From NCBI GenBank assembly GCA_965222375.1, contig CBDCTZ010000014.1, forward strand, positions 96,001-160,000: a stretch of DNA of 64,000 nt. Reading direction: 5' to 3'. The stretch is from Polyangiaceae bacterium (lineage in GTDB: Bacteria > Myxococcota_A > Polyangia > Polyangiales > Polyangiaceae). The notes beneath the pieces are model-generated. The model searched no databases. It was not told where the DNA came from and was given only the letters and a program-made list of their open reading frames with translations. A program made the position numbers and the translations under genes. Every line of letters begins with the position of its first letter. Within the stretch, counting starts at the first letter, position 1. Positions 8,980 through 18,763 of the stretch are shown here, one piece after another.

Positions 8980-9915
8980 TCAGCTGTCCAGGGCGTCTGC
9001 CGCTTGAAACAGCCGTTGCATGAGCTGCTCCGAGGGTGGGTCACCGTAGGGCGCAGCCGCACTCGCCTGCGGACGCTTGGCGAACCAGGCGCGCACCCGC
9101 GACAAGACGCCGGGATCGCGGGATCCGCCAGCTTGGCTTTGCGGTGCGCTCTGTGCGCTGCGTTCAGGTGCTCCGAACGCGGCGGGGGCGTTCTGCGCTG
9201 GTGGTGCTGGCGCGCCCGCCGGCGGTGGAGCCGGCGCGCCCGCTGGTGCGCCCAGGGGCTGCGGCGCGGCGCGGCCACGAGGGGCCATGGCCGGTGCGGG
9301 TGTCATCGGCGCGGCGGCGCTGCCCGCGGCGACCATATCCAGTGAGCCCTCTCTCGCTTCCAGCACGGTACGCATGCGCGCGAGCGCCCGGGACAGACGC
9401 ATGCGAACCGTGCCTTCTCGCACGCCGAATACGTTGGCGAGTTCCGCGAAACTGAGTTCATGGCATACGCGCAGCACGACCAGTGAGCGCTCGCGTTCCG
9501 AGAGGGCATCCAGCGCGGCCAAGGTCTGGTGCTTGTTCAGCACGGCTTCCGCAGGCAAGACTTGCTCGGGCACGTCGAAATCCTCTTCCGCCTCGCTCCA
9601 ATCCAGATCCTCAATCGGCGTTCGGTTTTGCTGGCGCAAGTAGTCGAGGCAGCCATTGCGCGCGATAGCCAGAACCCAGGTGCGCGGGCTGGCCTCGCGT
9701 CTAAAGCCACCCAGGCCGCGAAACGCACGACTGAACGTTTCCTGCGCCAGATCCTCCGCGGCATGTCGCTCCCGCAGCATGGCCCGGCACAAGCCAACCA
9801 CGTCACCTGCGTAACGCTGGACGAGAACGGTGCCAGCACCGCGGAGATCTCCGCGGTCCAATAGGCCGCATAGCTCGAGATCTGCCGGGGTGAGGGTTGC
9901 GTCCATGGCTTTCAC
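8980..9915 (-). CDS. ECF RNA polymerase sigma factor with Pro/Ala-rich C-terminal extension
   Basis: Region 2 AEDLAQETFSRAF...RTWVLAIARN; region 4 LSFAELANVFGVREGTVRMRLSRA; about 120 extra C-terminal residues; start is GTG 9915 or ATG 9906. Confidence 0.92.
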   Translation of the reverse strand: MKAMDATLTPADLELCGLLDRGDLRGAGTVLVQRYAGDVVGLCRAMLRERHAAEDLAQETFSRAFRGLGGFRREASPRTWVLAIARNGCLDYLRQQNRTPIEDLDWSEAEEDFDVPEQVLPAEAVLNKHQTLAALDALSERERSLVVLRVCHELSFAELANVFGVREGTVRMRLSRALARMRTVLEAREGSLDMVAAGSAAAPMTPAPAMAPRGRAAPQPLGAPAGAPAPPPAGAPAPPAQNAPAAFGAPERSAQSAPQSQAGGSRDPGVLSRVRAWFAKRPQASAAAPYGDPPSEQLMQRLFQAADALDS

Positions 9916-9920
9916 AGCAT

Positions 9921-9946
9921 GGACGCTTCAGCCTGCGTTTTGTCAC
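9921..9946 (-). promoter_or_regulatory. Putative ECF autoregulatory promoter GTGACA-N15-CGTCC
   Basis: Directly upstream of the ECF gene; the same motif occurs on the opposite strand before the divergent gene. Confidence 0.6.
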
Positions 9947-10014
9947 CACGGCGGCAGCATTTTGTCGAATCCCCCAAAGATAACGGCCGGTTGCAGATCG
10001 AGAATTCTCTAGCC

Positions 10015-10041
10015 GTGACACCCACAGGTGGGCCCTCGTCC
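10015..10041 (+). promoter_or_regulatory. Putative ECF target promoter GTGACA-N16-CGTCC
   Basis: Lies upstream of the SD (AAGGAG) and ATG 10088; matches the motif in front of the ECF gene. Confidence 0.6.
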
Positions 10042-10087
10042 GATTCATGAGCGCGCAAGACCAATCCGCGCAGCAAGGAGCAAGAGC

Positions 10088-11137
10088 ATGAGCTTGGACG
10101 TCAAAGTAGAAAACAACCGTCTGGTGGTGGGCAATCATCTGACCCTCACGTTTCAGCGGACGCTGCGCATTCCGGACGACGGAAACACGTACCCGTTGCC
10201 CCCCGGGCTGGGCGCATTCCCAATTCGCCGCGTCGACGACTATGCCGATCGTGTTCCCCCAGAGTGGACGTGCCGCGGCGGAGTGCTCATCCCCATGTAC
10301 CAACGTGAGGCCATGTGGCTGAACTTCAGCGCGGGCCTGCCGCACGCGGTGAAGGTTGGAGTGGGCAAAGTGTGCGCTCTTACTGGCCAGCGTTGGACTG
10401 AGCGGCTGCGGCGCAAACCTCAGAATTACATCGTGGCACCGAACCAACCGTGGCTCGATGGCATCTGTGCTGCGCGCGGACGCATTCGACAGTTCGTCGC
10501 CATGCCTTTGGGGCAGGGCTACACCGTCGAGGGTCAGGTCACTGGTGAGGAACGCTTCGGCGGTGTGCAGCTCAAGGTTTTCGCGCCAAAGCCCGGTCGG
10601 CTGGTGCCTCCGCCTTCGAGGTCGAGGTGCGTCACGTCGGGTTTTTCGGAGGGGATGGCGTCCTTTGGGGCGGGTGCTCCGATGGCGCAAGCCATGCCGG
10701 CTCCGGGTTGTGCGCCTGCTCCCTGCGGGCGCTCGGCGGTCGCGGCCGACATGGGACTTGGCGCAGGCGGCCGCATGAAGCAGAAGATCTATCCAGATCC
10801 CCACGGCCTGCAGACTTGGGACGAGCAAAACACCGCGCGTTTGTTCGTACACATCGTGAACAGCCAGACCTGGCGGGAAATCACGGGAGAATCACCACCT
10901 CAGAGTCCGGTCACCGCCAAGGAGTACGAGCGACACGGCCTGCCTTGGTTCGACCTCTATGACGACCACAGCAGCACGCTCAAGCCTTCGCGTGCGCTGA
11001 AAGGCGTCAAGAGTGTCACCGAACTCGACGCCGAGCGCTTTGCGTCGCCGCAAATGGATGACGAACCCGTTTCAACAGGTGCCGTCCAGAAGCTCTGGCA
11101 CGCAGCCAAAGGTTTCGTGCGGGACGGCCAATGGTAG
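10088..11137 (+). CDS. Conserved hypothetical protein (FQRTLRIPDDG family)
   Basis: Strong SD; blocks FQRTLRIPDDGNTYPLPPGLGAFP, PMYQREAMWLNF, QPWLDG, RQFVAMPLGQGYTVEGQVTG, MGLGAGGRMKQKIYPD, GLPWFDLY. Confidence 0.85.
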   Translation: MSLDVKVENNRLVVGNHLTLTFQRTLRIPDDGNTYPLPPGLGAFPIRRVDDYADRVPPEWTCRGGVLIPMYQREAMWLNFSAGLPHAVKVGVGKVCALTGQRWTERLRRKPQNYIVAPNQPWLDGICAARGRIRQFVAMPLGQGYTVEGQVTGEERFGGVQLKVFAPKPGRLVPPPSRSRCVTSGFSEGMASFGAGAPMAQAMPAPGCAPAPCGRSAVAADMGLGAGGRMKQKIYPDPHGLQTWDEQNTARLFVHIVNSQTWREITGESPPQSPVTAKEYERHGLPWFDLYDDHSSTLKPSRALKGVKSVTELDAERFASPQMDDEPVSTGAVQKLWHAAKGFVRDGQW

Positions 11138-11144
11138 CTGGCGC

Positions 11145-11813
11145 CTACCCGCTGTCAGGGCTGCGCGAGAAGTTCGAGCCTAGGATCGGTGTCGAGCTGC
11201 GGCCATCCGTGCCGGGGTCCACCATAGGGAATCGCTCGGCCCAGGGAAATGGGCCGCGACGCAGCAGCAACTCGAAGCCGCGGAACACGATGTCGTCGAG
11301 GTTTGCCGCGACGCTCGAGACTCCACGACGATCAACGATACGCAGCCGAGTACTGCCGTCTTCACCCTGGGCGAAGCGGCATCCAGGTATGGTCACGAGT
11401 CGTGGGTTGCGTTCCGGATGGGGCCAACTGCGTTGAGTGCGGACCAAAAAGTGCAGGGTTGGCAGGCGCCCCGGCGTGGTGTGCGTGTACAACACGATTT
11501 CGCTGTCGCGGCAGCGCAAGTGCAGGCTCCCGACTTCTGCACTTGGAAACTCGTCCGAGTCCTTGCCGTCGCGAAGGGCGGACCAATCGGGGCCAGAGAC
11601 TTCCACCTCGATACCAGCGCGGGTTTTGAGATCTGCCGCCCGAGTCTTGGCGATCTTCGTGGCGCTGCTGAGCACTTCACGACACGCCTTGCGGCTCCAG
11701 CGAAAGAGTTCCGCGCGGCTTTGGCTCGCGAGTTTGGCGCGCCGCTCGGCCTCGATGCGGTCGGCCTCGGCAGCCGTGACCTCCACATACAGCTCTTCCC
11801 AGCGGTCACTCAC
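11145..11813 (-). CDS. Hypothetical protein
   Basis: 222-aa ORF with protein-like composition filling the gap downstream of apbE. Confidence 0.65.
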   Translation of the reverse strand: MSDRWEELYVEVTAAEADRIEAERRAKLASQSRAELFRWSRKACREVLSSATKIAKTRAADLKTRAGIEVEVSGPDWSALRDGKDSDEFPSAEVGSLHLRCRDSEIVLYTHTTPGRLPTLHFLVRTQRSWPHPERNPRLVTIPGCRFAQGEDGSTRLRIVDRRGVSSVAANLDDIVFRGFELLLRRGPFPWAERFPMVDPGTDGRSSTPILGSNFSRSPDSG

Positions 11814-11856
11814 ACCCTGTCGTACGCTCGCAGCCCCAGGAACATGCCCGATCTGG

Positions 11857-12981
11857 CTAAATTCCGTCGCTGGGTTGGCGCGTGACTCGCACCTTTCCCT
11901 TCAGAAGCTTGCTGATGTGCACGCGATTCTTGTCGTCCACGACGACAGCACCCACCCCATCGAGCTCCTCGACCAGCTTCAGCCCGATTTCTGGCCCCAA
12001 GATGAATACGGCGTCGTCTACGGCGTCCGCCGTGAGCGCGTCCTTGGCGTAGACCGTCACGCTACGACACGCGGTTGCCGGGAAGCCTGTGCGTGGGTCG
12101 AGGATGTGGTGAAAACGCTTTCCGTCCTTGATGAACGCGCGGGCGTAGTCTCCTGCCGTCGAGAATGCTCGGTCTTCTAGTTGGAGGGTTGCGAAGAAAT
12201 CGTTCGCTTTCCCTCGCGGATCCCGGATGCCACTGACCCAGGGCGAACCGTCCGCCTTCTTGCCGGCGCCATAGAGGTCGCCCCCAGCCTGCACCAAGAA
12301 CGCCTGTACGCCGTTCTTGCGCAGCACCGCCACCGCTGCATCCACCACGAAGCCCTTTGCGATGCCGCCGAGGTCGACCCGCTGCCCGGTGCCGAGCGCG
12401 ACTTGGCTTTCCTTGGGCTTGAGCTGGATCTTCTTGTAGTCGACCCGCGCCAGGAGGGGCGCCAGCTCTGCCTTGTTGGGAATGCGTGGATCGTCAACCT
12501 TCGCATCCCCGAACTTCCAAACCTCGGACAGGGGCGAGAAGGTGATGTCAAAGGTGCCTTGGGAGAACTTGCCGGCCCATAGGCTGCGTTCGATGACTTG
12601 GAAGGTCTCCGGGCTGACCTTGACGAAGCTCCCGGCCTTTCGGTTGAGCTCCGCAACCTCACTGTCATCCCGCCATGACGTCATCAGGCTCTCGAGCCTG
12701 CGGATTTCGGTCATGCTGCGCTTGATGGCTTGACGGGTTGCCGCTTCATCAGCAGTCGCCGACGAGTAAGCGACAATGCGCACCTCCGTGCCCATGGCAG
12801 CTTCGCGCACGTCCACCTTCACGGCGGCCTTGGCGGGTGCGGTCGACGGTGCCGCTTTCGCAGTGCTCACACTTGGCCGCGCCGTGGGTTCTTCGGCCTT
12901 GTCACAACCCAGGAGGATGAGTCCGAGGCATGCTGGCATCACTCGTCGGAGGGTGGTTTTAGCTCGCCGCACGCGCTGCAT
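11857..12981 (-). CDS. apbE: FAD:protein FMN transferase (ApbE family) lipoprotein
   Basis: AMGT, GTFDIT, DLGGIAKGF, GGDL, STAGDY, HHILDPRTG; lipobox LLGC; start codon uncertain. Confidence 0.93.
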   Translation of the reverse strand: MQRVRRAKTTLRRVMPACLGLILLGCDKAEEPTARPSVSTAKAAPSTAPAKAAVKVDVREAAMGTEVRIVAYSSATADEAATRQAIKRSMTEIRRLESLMTSWRDDSEVAELNRKAGSFVKVSPETFQVIERSLWAGKFSQGTFDITFSPLSEVWKFGDAKVDDPRIPNKAELAPLLARVDYKKIQLKPKESQVALGTGQRVDLGGIAKGFVVDAAVAVLRKNGVQAFLVQAGGDLYGAGKKADGSPWVSGIRDPRGKANDFFATLQLEDRAFSTAGDYARAFIKDGKRFHHILDPRTGFPATACRSVTVYAKDALTADAVDDAVFILGPEIGLKLVEELDGVGAVVVDDKNRVHISKLLKGKVRVTRQPSDGI

Positions 12982-13045
12982 GGTACCCGCCGGCGCCTCG
13001 ATTGCATCATGAAAGCTCACTCAGCTCGCGCTATGCTGCCGCGAG

Positions 13046-14221
13046 ATGACCCTGACCTCTGAAGCCCTCGACCGCGCCGTGGATAGCCATCGCGACGCGA
13101 TTATCGAACTCGCGACGCGAATTCATGACCACCCGGAGCTGCGCTACGAGGAGCACCGAGCGTGCGCCTGGATGGGGGAGCTCTTGGAAGCGAAGGCGGC
13201 CATCGAGGTGGAGCGCAAGCTCGGTGGAGTGGAGACAGCCTTTCGTGCGCGGGTCGGCAGCGGCGGACCTCGTATCGCGATTCTCGCCGAATACGATGCG
13301 TTGCCGGAGATTGGACACGCGTGCGGGCACAACCTGATCGCTGGCGGCGCCGCCGGCGCGTTTTTGGCTTTGGCCGATCACGCGAAGGAACTCGGTGGGA
13401 CGGTGGAGATCATCGGTACGCCGGCTGAGGAAGGCGGCGCCGGAAAAGTGAAGCTGATCGAGGCCGGCGTCTTCGAAGGGGTGGATGTTGCGATGATGTA
13501 TCATCCCTTCGATCGCGATTTGCTGGTGCATCCGGCTCTCGCCAGTCTGTGGCTGACCATGGCGTATTCTGGAATGCCGTCCCATGCCGCCATGGCTCCT
13601 TTCGATGGCGCAAGTGCATTGACGGCCTGCCTGCAGACCTTTCAGCTGGTGGATTCGCAGCGGGTTCACTTCCGTGACGGCGTGCGGGTGCACGGTTTCG
13701 TCACGGATGGCGGGCAAGCCGTGAACATCATTCCGGAGCGAGCAGCGTGTGAGTTTTCGGTGCGTGCACGGACGAAGCAGGAACTGGATCGCGTGCGCCA
13801 GATCGTGGAGAGATGCGCCCGCGGCGCGGCGCTCGCCTGCGGTGTCGAGGTGCAAATCGAGTTGCGTACGGGGTACCGGGAGATGAAGAACAACCGAACC
13901 CTGGCGGGGGTTTTTGGTCAGGCCCTGCAAGAATTGGGGCGCGAGCCACGAGAAGTGGATCCCAGCGTAGGCGCCGGTTCGACGGATATGGGCGACGTCA
14001 GCCAACTCGTTCCGGCAATTCACCCCTATCTGGCAATCTGCGATGAGTGGGAAACGGCATGCCACCAACACCGCTTCGCCGAGTGCGCGAGGAGCACCCG
14101 CGGTTTCGAAACCATGGTGGTTGCCGCAAAGGCCCTCGCAAGATCGACCCAAGCGCTGCTGCAGCAGCCGGCACTGATCGATCAAGCCAAAGAGGAACAC
14201 CGAAAGGCAGCAAGCCCATGA
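13046..14221 (+). CDS. M20 family amidohydrolase/metallopeptidase (Acy1L2/AbgB-like)
   Basis: HDHPELRYEE, EYDALP, HACGHN, GTPAEEGG, GSTDMGDVS. Confidence 0.92.
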   Translation: MTLTSEALDRAVDSHRDAIIELATRIHDHPELRYEEHRACAWMGELLEAKAAIEVERKLGGVETAFRARVGSGGPRIAILAEYDALPEIGHACGHNLIAGGAAGAFLALADHAKELGGTVEIIGTPAEEGGAGKVKLIEAGVFEGVDVAMMYHPFDRDLLVHPALASLWLTMAYSGMPSHAAMAPFDGASALTACLQTFQLVDSQRVHFRDGVRVHGFVTDGGQAVNIIPERAACEFSVRARTKQELDRVRQIVERCARGAALACGVEVQIELRTGYREMKNNRTLAGVFGQALQELGREPREVDPSVGAGSTDMGDVSQLVPAIHPYLAICDEWETACHQHRFAECARSTRGFETMVVAAKALARSTQALLQQPALIDQAKEEHRKAASP

Positions 14222-14886
14222 TGCAGCATGAGCGGTTTTGGGGGATCTGGGTCGTGCTCTGTGCAGCCTGCGGAGGTGGCGCTCCGCCTCCTGCTACGCC
14301 CGCGCCGCCGGAACCTTCGCCGCCACCGGCCGCCGAGGAGCCCTCTGCCGCTGCGCCCGAGGAGCCCGCGGAGCCAACCGCTGAGCCCGAACCCGCACAG
14401 CCCACTGAGAAACCTAGGCAGGTCAACTATCGGATGACGCCGAAGGGCCTCGTGGTGGAGGTCATCGGTGCGCGCTTCGTGCCCAAGGTGAAACCGATCC
14501 GTGTCGGCGGCGGATGGGGCGTGCGAGTCGAGGTCGTCGGGAGCGTCGAAGATACTGCGGTCAGCGTGCTGGCACCGAAGGGCGGCGAGTTGGCCTTCGC
14601 GGGCACCATCATTCGGGCTGGAGACACGAACTCCTTTTCCGACACCCGGAAAGGCGATGACGAGCATTTCGTTTCCCCAGGGCAGAACGTGACCCTCAAA
14701 CGAGACTTCCCCGGCAAGTCCGGGGACAAACCCCTCAAGAAAGGGGACCGTCTTCAGTTGCAGGTCGGGTTGTGGGGGCTCGGCCCCGACGCCAAATCTC
14801 GGCGCCCGGTTAGAAAGCTATTTAGCGTCGCGATGGAGGTTGGCAAGAAGACTCCCCAGCCCGTGATCTCCCCGCCAAAACTTTGA
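14218..14886 (+). CDS. Hypothetical lipoprotein
   Basis: ATGA overlap with the upstream stop; CAACGGG lipobox-like motif, Pro/Glu linker, beta-rich domain. Confidence 0.75.
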   Translation: MMQHERFWGIWVVLCAACGGGAPPPATPAPPEPSPPPAAEEPSAAAPEEPAEPTAEPEPAQPTEKPRQVNYRMTPKGLVVEVIGARFVPKVKPIRVGGGWGVRVEVVGSVEDTAVSVLAPKGGELAFAGTIIRAGDTNSFSDTRKGDDEHFVSPGQNVTLKRDFPGKSGDKPLKKGDRLQLQVGLWGLGPDAKSRRPVRKLFSVAMEVGKKTPQPVISPPKL

Positions 14887-14890
14887 CCCA

Positions 14891-15367
14891 TCAGCATCCG
14901 CCAACGCTCAGTTCTCTGCTCTCCAAAGGCGTACGCCCGCCGCCCAGGGTATCGCTTACCGCACCCCGCAGTCGCACCGGGCCAGCGCAGAGTGAAGACT
15001 TCAGCGCGGCATCCAAGAGCGTCGAGTCATCGACGCTGAAGGGCACGACGCGCTTCTGTCCCTTGCCAAGAGAAAGCGGGAAGGTCACGCTGTCCGGGGT
15101 CGCCTGTAGAGGCGAGACGAGGGTCTCCGCGCCGCGGACCACCGCGAAGGTTTCCAGAGACACTTGGGTCGACCCGGACGCCTCTGGCCCGAGTTCGAAG
15201 AACAACTCGAATCCGCCGGTCAGTTGGGTTCCGAGGGTCTTCTGCTCCACGCTCAGATTCGCGCTCTGAACGAAGGCGGTCAAAGAGATGCTCTCCTTGC
15301 TTCCGCAAGCGGGGAGCAGCAGCAGGGCCAGGGCGAAGGTCAGGGCTCTCGTGGGCATTGTCTTCAA
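14891..15367 (-). CDS. Hypothetical lipoprotein
   Basis: Signal peptide ending LLPACG; abuts the upstream gene; alternative ATG at 15358. Confidence 0.75.
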   Translation of the reverse strand: MKTMPTRALTFALALLLLPACGSKESISLTAFVQSANLSVEQKTLGTQLTGGFELFFELGPEASGSTQVSLETFAVVRGAETLVSPLQATPDSVTFPLSLGKGQKRVVPFSVDDSTLLDAALKSSLCAGPVRLRGAVSDTLGGGRTPLESRELSVGGC

Positions 15368-16300
15368 CTATGGGCCGACGGTGATGCTGAGTTTCGGCGG
15401 GCTGGCGCCCTTGGTGTTGTAGTAGCGAACACCGTTCAAACTCGTAGCAAACACGCCTAGGTAGAGGGACGCATTGGCTTGGACAGCGCTGTTGGGCAGC
15501 GTCCAGGTAACGACCTGAGACGCCGCAACGGGGCCCTGGCTGGCGGCCAGGGCCGCACCGCCCTGTTTGCTGGGAGCCGAACTAAACAGGGCGGGGCGGG
15601 TGAATGACGACACTCGCCAAATCTCGCCCGCTTGGGGGCCATCGGAACCAGCCGTGGGCGTCGCGGTCAACTCCAATTCGACTTTGGTCACGGTCTTGCC
15701 GGCGATGGCTCCATCCAGATTGAAGCGCATGAAGGAGGCGACCTCCGGAGCGGCACCGCCGTCTGGAGCTAGTTGATCGTCCGCACCATCGACGCTCATC
15801 TCACCCGAACCAGATTTCTGCTCGCAGAAATCCGGATCCGGTGCGGTCAAGGCCACACAGTCCGCTACTTCAGGTGCGTAATTGACTGTGACGGGGCCTC
15901 CGCCGGTGCCGCCACTGCCGCCACTTGCGCCTCCCGCGCCACCGCTTGCGCCTCCCGCGCCACCGCTTGCGCCAGCGCTGCCGCCGCTTGCTCCACCAGC
16001 GCCGCCACCTGCGCCAGCGCCTCCCGCGCCACCGCTTGCGCCTCCCGCGCCACCGCTTGCGCCAGCGCTGCCGCCGCTGCCGCCGCTTGCTCCACCAGCG
16101 CCGCCACCTGCGCCAGCGCTGCCACCACTGCCAGCGGTGCCACCACTCCCGCCGCCGCCAGCACTTCCGCTCTGGCCGGCGGAGGCATCGGTGGTCGTAC
16201 CGGTCGGGGCGAATTGGTCGAAGTCGTAGCTGCACGCTGTGGGCAGTGCCACGCAGAAAGCGAGGGAGGCCACAGCGAGCCTGGGGAGCGAGTATGCCAA
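15368..16300 (-). CDS. Gly-rich lipoprotein with C-terminal DNRLRE/CBM96-like domain
   Basis: Lipobox PTAC; GGAGG linker; SFMRFNLDGAIAGKTVTKVELEL...PKLSIT pattern. Confidence 0.75.
   Translation of the reverse strand: MAYSLPRLAVASLAFCVALPTACSYDFDQFAPTGTTTDASAGQSGSAGGGGSGGTAGSGGSAGAGGGAGGASGGSGGSAGASGGAGGASGGAGGAGAGGGAGGASGGSAGASGGAGGASGGAGGASGGSGGTGGGPVTVNYAPEVADCVALTAPDPDFCEQKSGSGEMSVDGADDQLAPDGGAAPEVASFMRFNLDGAIAGKTVTKVELELTATPTAGSDGPQAGEIWRVSSFTRPALFSSAPSKQGGAALAASQGPVAASQVVTWTLPNSAVQANASLYLGVFATSLNGVRYYNTKGASPPKLSITVGP
15905..16165. repeat. Low-complexity tandem repeats encoding the Gly/Ala/Ser linker
   Basis: Repeated GCGCCTCCCGCGCCACCGCTT units and a near-exact duplication of about 90 bp. 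Confidence 0.85.
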
Positions 16301-16433
16301 GTAGGAGTAATTCTAGCCCGGGACGCCGTCGCACTCACCTACACAATCGGGCGGTTGCCCAAATTCAGCCAGAAAACTGGCGGATGCCACCAGGAAGCGG
16401 CGCTGCGCGGGTCGGCCTGTTACGCTGCCTAGG

Positions 16434-17807
16434 ATGGCGCAACTCGGGCGCTACGAGCTGATCAAACCCATCGCCCGCGGTGGCATGGCTACGGTTTGCC
16501 TGGCCCGAGTGAGCGGCGAAGGCGGCTTCGAACGCCTGGTCGCCATCAAGCTCATGCATCCTCATATCGCCGACGACAAAGAGTTCGTCGCGATGTTCTT
16601 GGACGAAGCGCGCATTGCTGCTCGGATCCGCCATCCCAACGTGGTTTCCACTTTGGATGTCGACCGCAGCTCCGATGGTTTGTTCCTGGTCATGGAATAC
16701 GTGGATGGCGAATCCCTGCACACCGTGTTGCGTCACGCCGCTCGCAACCGATTGTCTTTGCCGTTGGACGTGGCAGCGCGCATTGGCATCGACATGCTCG
16801 AGGGACTGCACGCCGCGCACGAGCTCAAAGATGAGCACGGTGCACCTTTGCAGCTCATTCACCGGGACGTGTCTCCCCAAAACGTGTTGATCGGTCGGGA
16901 TGGCGTGGGCCGCTTGACGGATTTCGGCGTGGCGTTGGCACGCTCGCGGCTCGCGACGACCCAGGGAGCCGGGCTAAAGGGCAAGGTCGCCTACCTTTCT
17001 CCGGAGCAGATCCGTGGGGAGAATCTGGACCGCCGGGCGGACATATTTGCCGCGTCGATCGTGCTTTGGGAGCTGCTCAGCGGGCGGCGACTGTTCCGTG
17101 GCAAGAGCGAGGCTGAGACTCTGGCTGCGATTTTGGCTGGGAACGTGACACCTTTGAACCAGCTGCATCCGGCCATTGGCGAGAATCTCTCGGCGGTCGT
17201 GTTGCGCGGCTTGTCGCAATCGCGGCAGGACCGATACGAGTCCGCTGTCGGCATGGCCGACGCGCTAGATTACGCGCTGCGAGGCATTTGTGGTGGGCCA
17301 GCCAATCCGCGTCGGGTCGCGACCTGGCTGGAATCTCTTCAAATTCCCGAGCACGATGTTGGCGCGCTGCCGTCCACCGGGTCCACGGTGGGCTCGATGA
17401 TGATTGGGGCGCGCCCTGGCGGGCCTCAGCTGGCCTTCGCGCAAGCGCCTGCCCGCAAGAGTCGCGTACCGGTCGTCCTCGGGGCTGTCGTTGCGTTGGG
17501 CGCAATTAGTGGTGGCGCCGTGCTCTATTCGCGAGCGCGGGCCACGCCGTCTCCGGCGATGGGCGCATCGACGCCTGCGGCGGCTCTGTTGGAGATCGCG
17601 AGGCCCGAGCCACCACCCCCTCCGTCCGCGAACGTGGCGCCACCGGAAGAAACCCCGACGCCACCCCCGAGCGCTTCTGCGCCACCAGTCTCCAGTGAGA
17701 TCACCAACGTTGCGAGACCGCCCCCCCGCGTGCAACCTGCGCCCACGAAAACACGCCCCCGTCCAAAGCCGGGCGGCGCGACCACATTTCGACCTGACGA
17801 CCTATGA
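16434..17807 (+). CDS. Membrane-anchored Hanks-type Ser/Thr protein kinase
   Basis: RGGMATV, VAIK, HRDVSPQN, DFG, YLSPEQ; TM helix and Pro-rich tail. Confidence 0.95.
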   Translation: MAQLGRYELIKPIARGGMATVCLARVSGEGGFERLVAIKLMHPHIADDKEFVAMFLDEARIAARIRHPNVVSTLDVDRSSDGLFLVMEYVDGESLHTVLRHAARNRLSLPLDVAARIGIDMLEGLHAAHELKDEHGAPLQLIHRDVSPQNVLIGRDGVGRLTDFGVALARSRLATTQGAGLKGKVAYLSPEQIRGENLDRRADIFAASIVLWELLSGRRLFRGKSEAETLAAILAGNVTPLNQLHPAIGENLSAVVLRGLSQSRQDRYESAVGMADALDYALRGICGGPANPRRVATWLESLQIPEHDVGALPSTGSTVGSMMIGARPGGPQLAFAQAPARKSRVPVVLGAVVALGAISGGAVLYSRARATPSPAMGASTPAAALLEIARPEPPPPPSANVAPPEETPTPPPSASAPPVSSEITNVARPPPRVQPAPTKTRPRPKPGGATTFRPDDL

Positions 17808-18763
17808 TGACGCGAACTTTCGCACTTCTTTCTGCGCTACTTCTGGTGTCGGCGCCCGCCTTTGCTGAAGACGACGCCCGCAAGATGTTCAAACAGGCTC
17901 AGGAACACTTCGACGAGTCACGCTACCAGGAGGCCCTCGAACTCGCCCGCAAGGCCCACGAGGCGACGGGCAGCCCCAATGCTCGGCTATACGTCGCACG
18001 AAGTCTGAAAGGTCTCGGGCGCTTTGATGAGGCCTATGACGAGATGGCCGAGACCTTGGATGACGCTGCAGAAAAGGCCAAGGAACAGCCGAAGTACATC
18101 TCGACTCGAGATGCTGCTGCTGCGGAATTGGCCCTGCTCAAACGCAAGATAGGCAAAGTCATCGTTGCGATCGTCGAGCCGCCGCCCGGCGCCACAGTCA
18201 CGCTAAACGGCAACCCCTTGGCCGCCGAGCGGGTGGGCGAGCCCGTCGCCATCTTGCCTGGGGACTCCATCATCGTGGTCGAGGCGCCGGGGCACAAACG
18301 TTTTGAGAAGACGATTCAGCTCGGGGCCGGGGACACGACGACCGTCGCTGTTCGCTTGATTGCAGAAGAGCGCGAGCCGGAACCACCTCCCATACAGCCG
18401 CCGAAGCGTGACCCGGAGTCGAGTTCGGGTGGGATCAGCAAAACCTGGGGCTACGTCGGCTTGGGGGTCGGAGCCGCGGGCCTCGCGACGTTTACGATCT
18501 TCGCCTTGTCCGCGAAGAGCACGCACGACACCCTGGATGAGGAATGTGGCGGCCGCTGCACAGATCCCAAGTTCCAAGACGACGTCGACCGCGGCAAGCG
18601 TGCGCAAACGATTGCCAACATCGGGCTTGGGGTTGGCATCGTGGGAGTCGCGGCTGGTGCGACGGTGCTTCTTCTCGGCGGCTCGGACAAAGAGCCTGCG
18701 CCGCCTGTGGCTGCCTTTCAGTGGAACAACGGCCCATCGCTGCGCTACACGCGGCGGTTCTAG
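17804..18763 (+). CDS. TPR + PEGA domain protein
   Basis: Signal peptide, TPR-like helices, PPGATVTLNG and VEAPGHKRF (PEGA), C-terminal hydrophobic hairpin; ATGA overlap with the kinase. Confidence 0.85.
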   Translation: MMTRTFALLSALLLVSAPAFAEDDARKMFKQAQEHFDESRYQEALELARKAHEATGSPNARLYVARSLKGLGRFDEAYDEMAETLDDAAEKAKEQPKYISTRDAAAAELALLKRKIGKVIVAIVEPPPGATVTLNGNPLAAERVGEPVAILPGDSIIVVEAPGHKRFEKTIQLGAGDTTTVAVRLIAEEREPEPPPIQPPKRDPESSSGGISKTWGYVGLGVGAAGLATFTIFALSAKSTHDTLDEECGGRCTDPKFQDDVDRGKRAQTIANIGLGVGIVGVAAGATVLLLGGSDKEPAPPVAAFQWNNGPSLRYTRRF

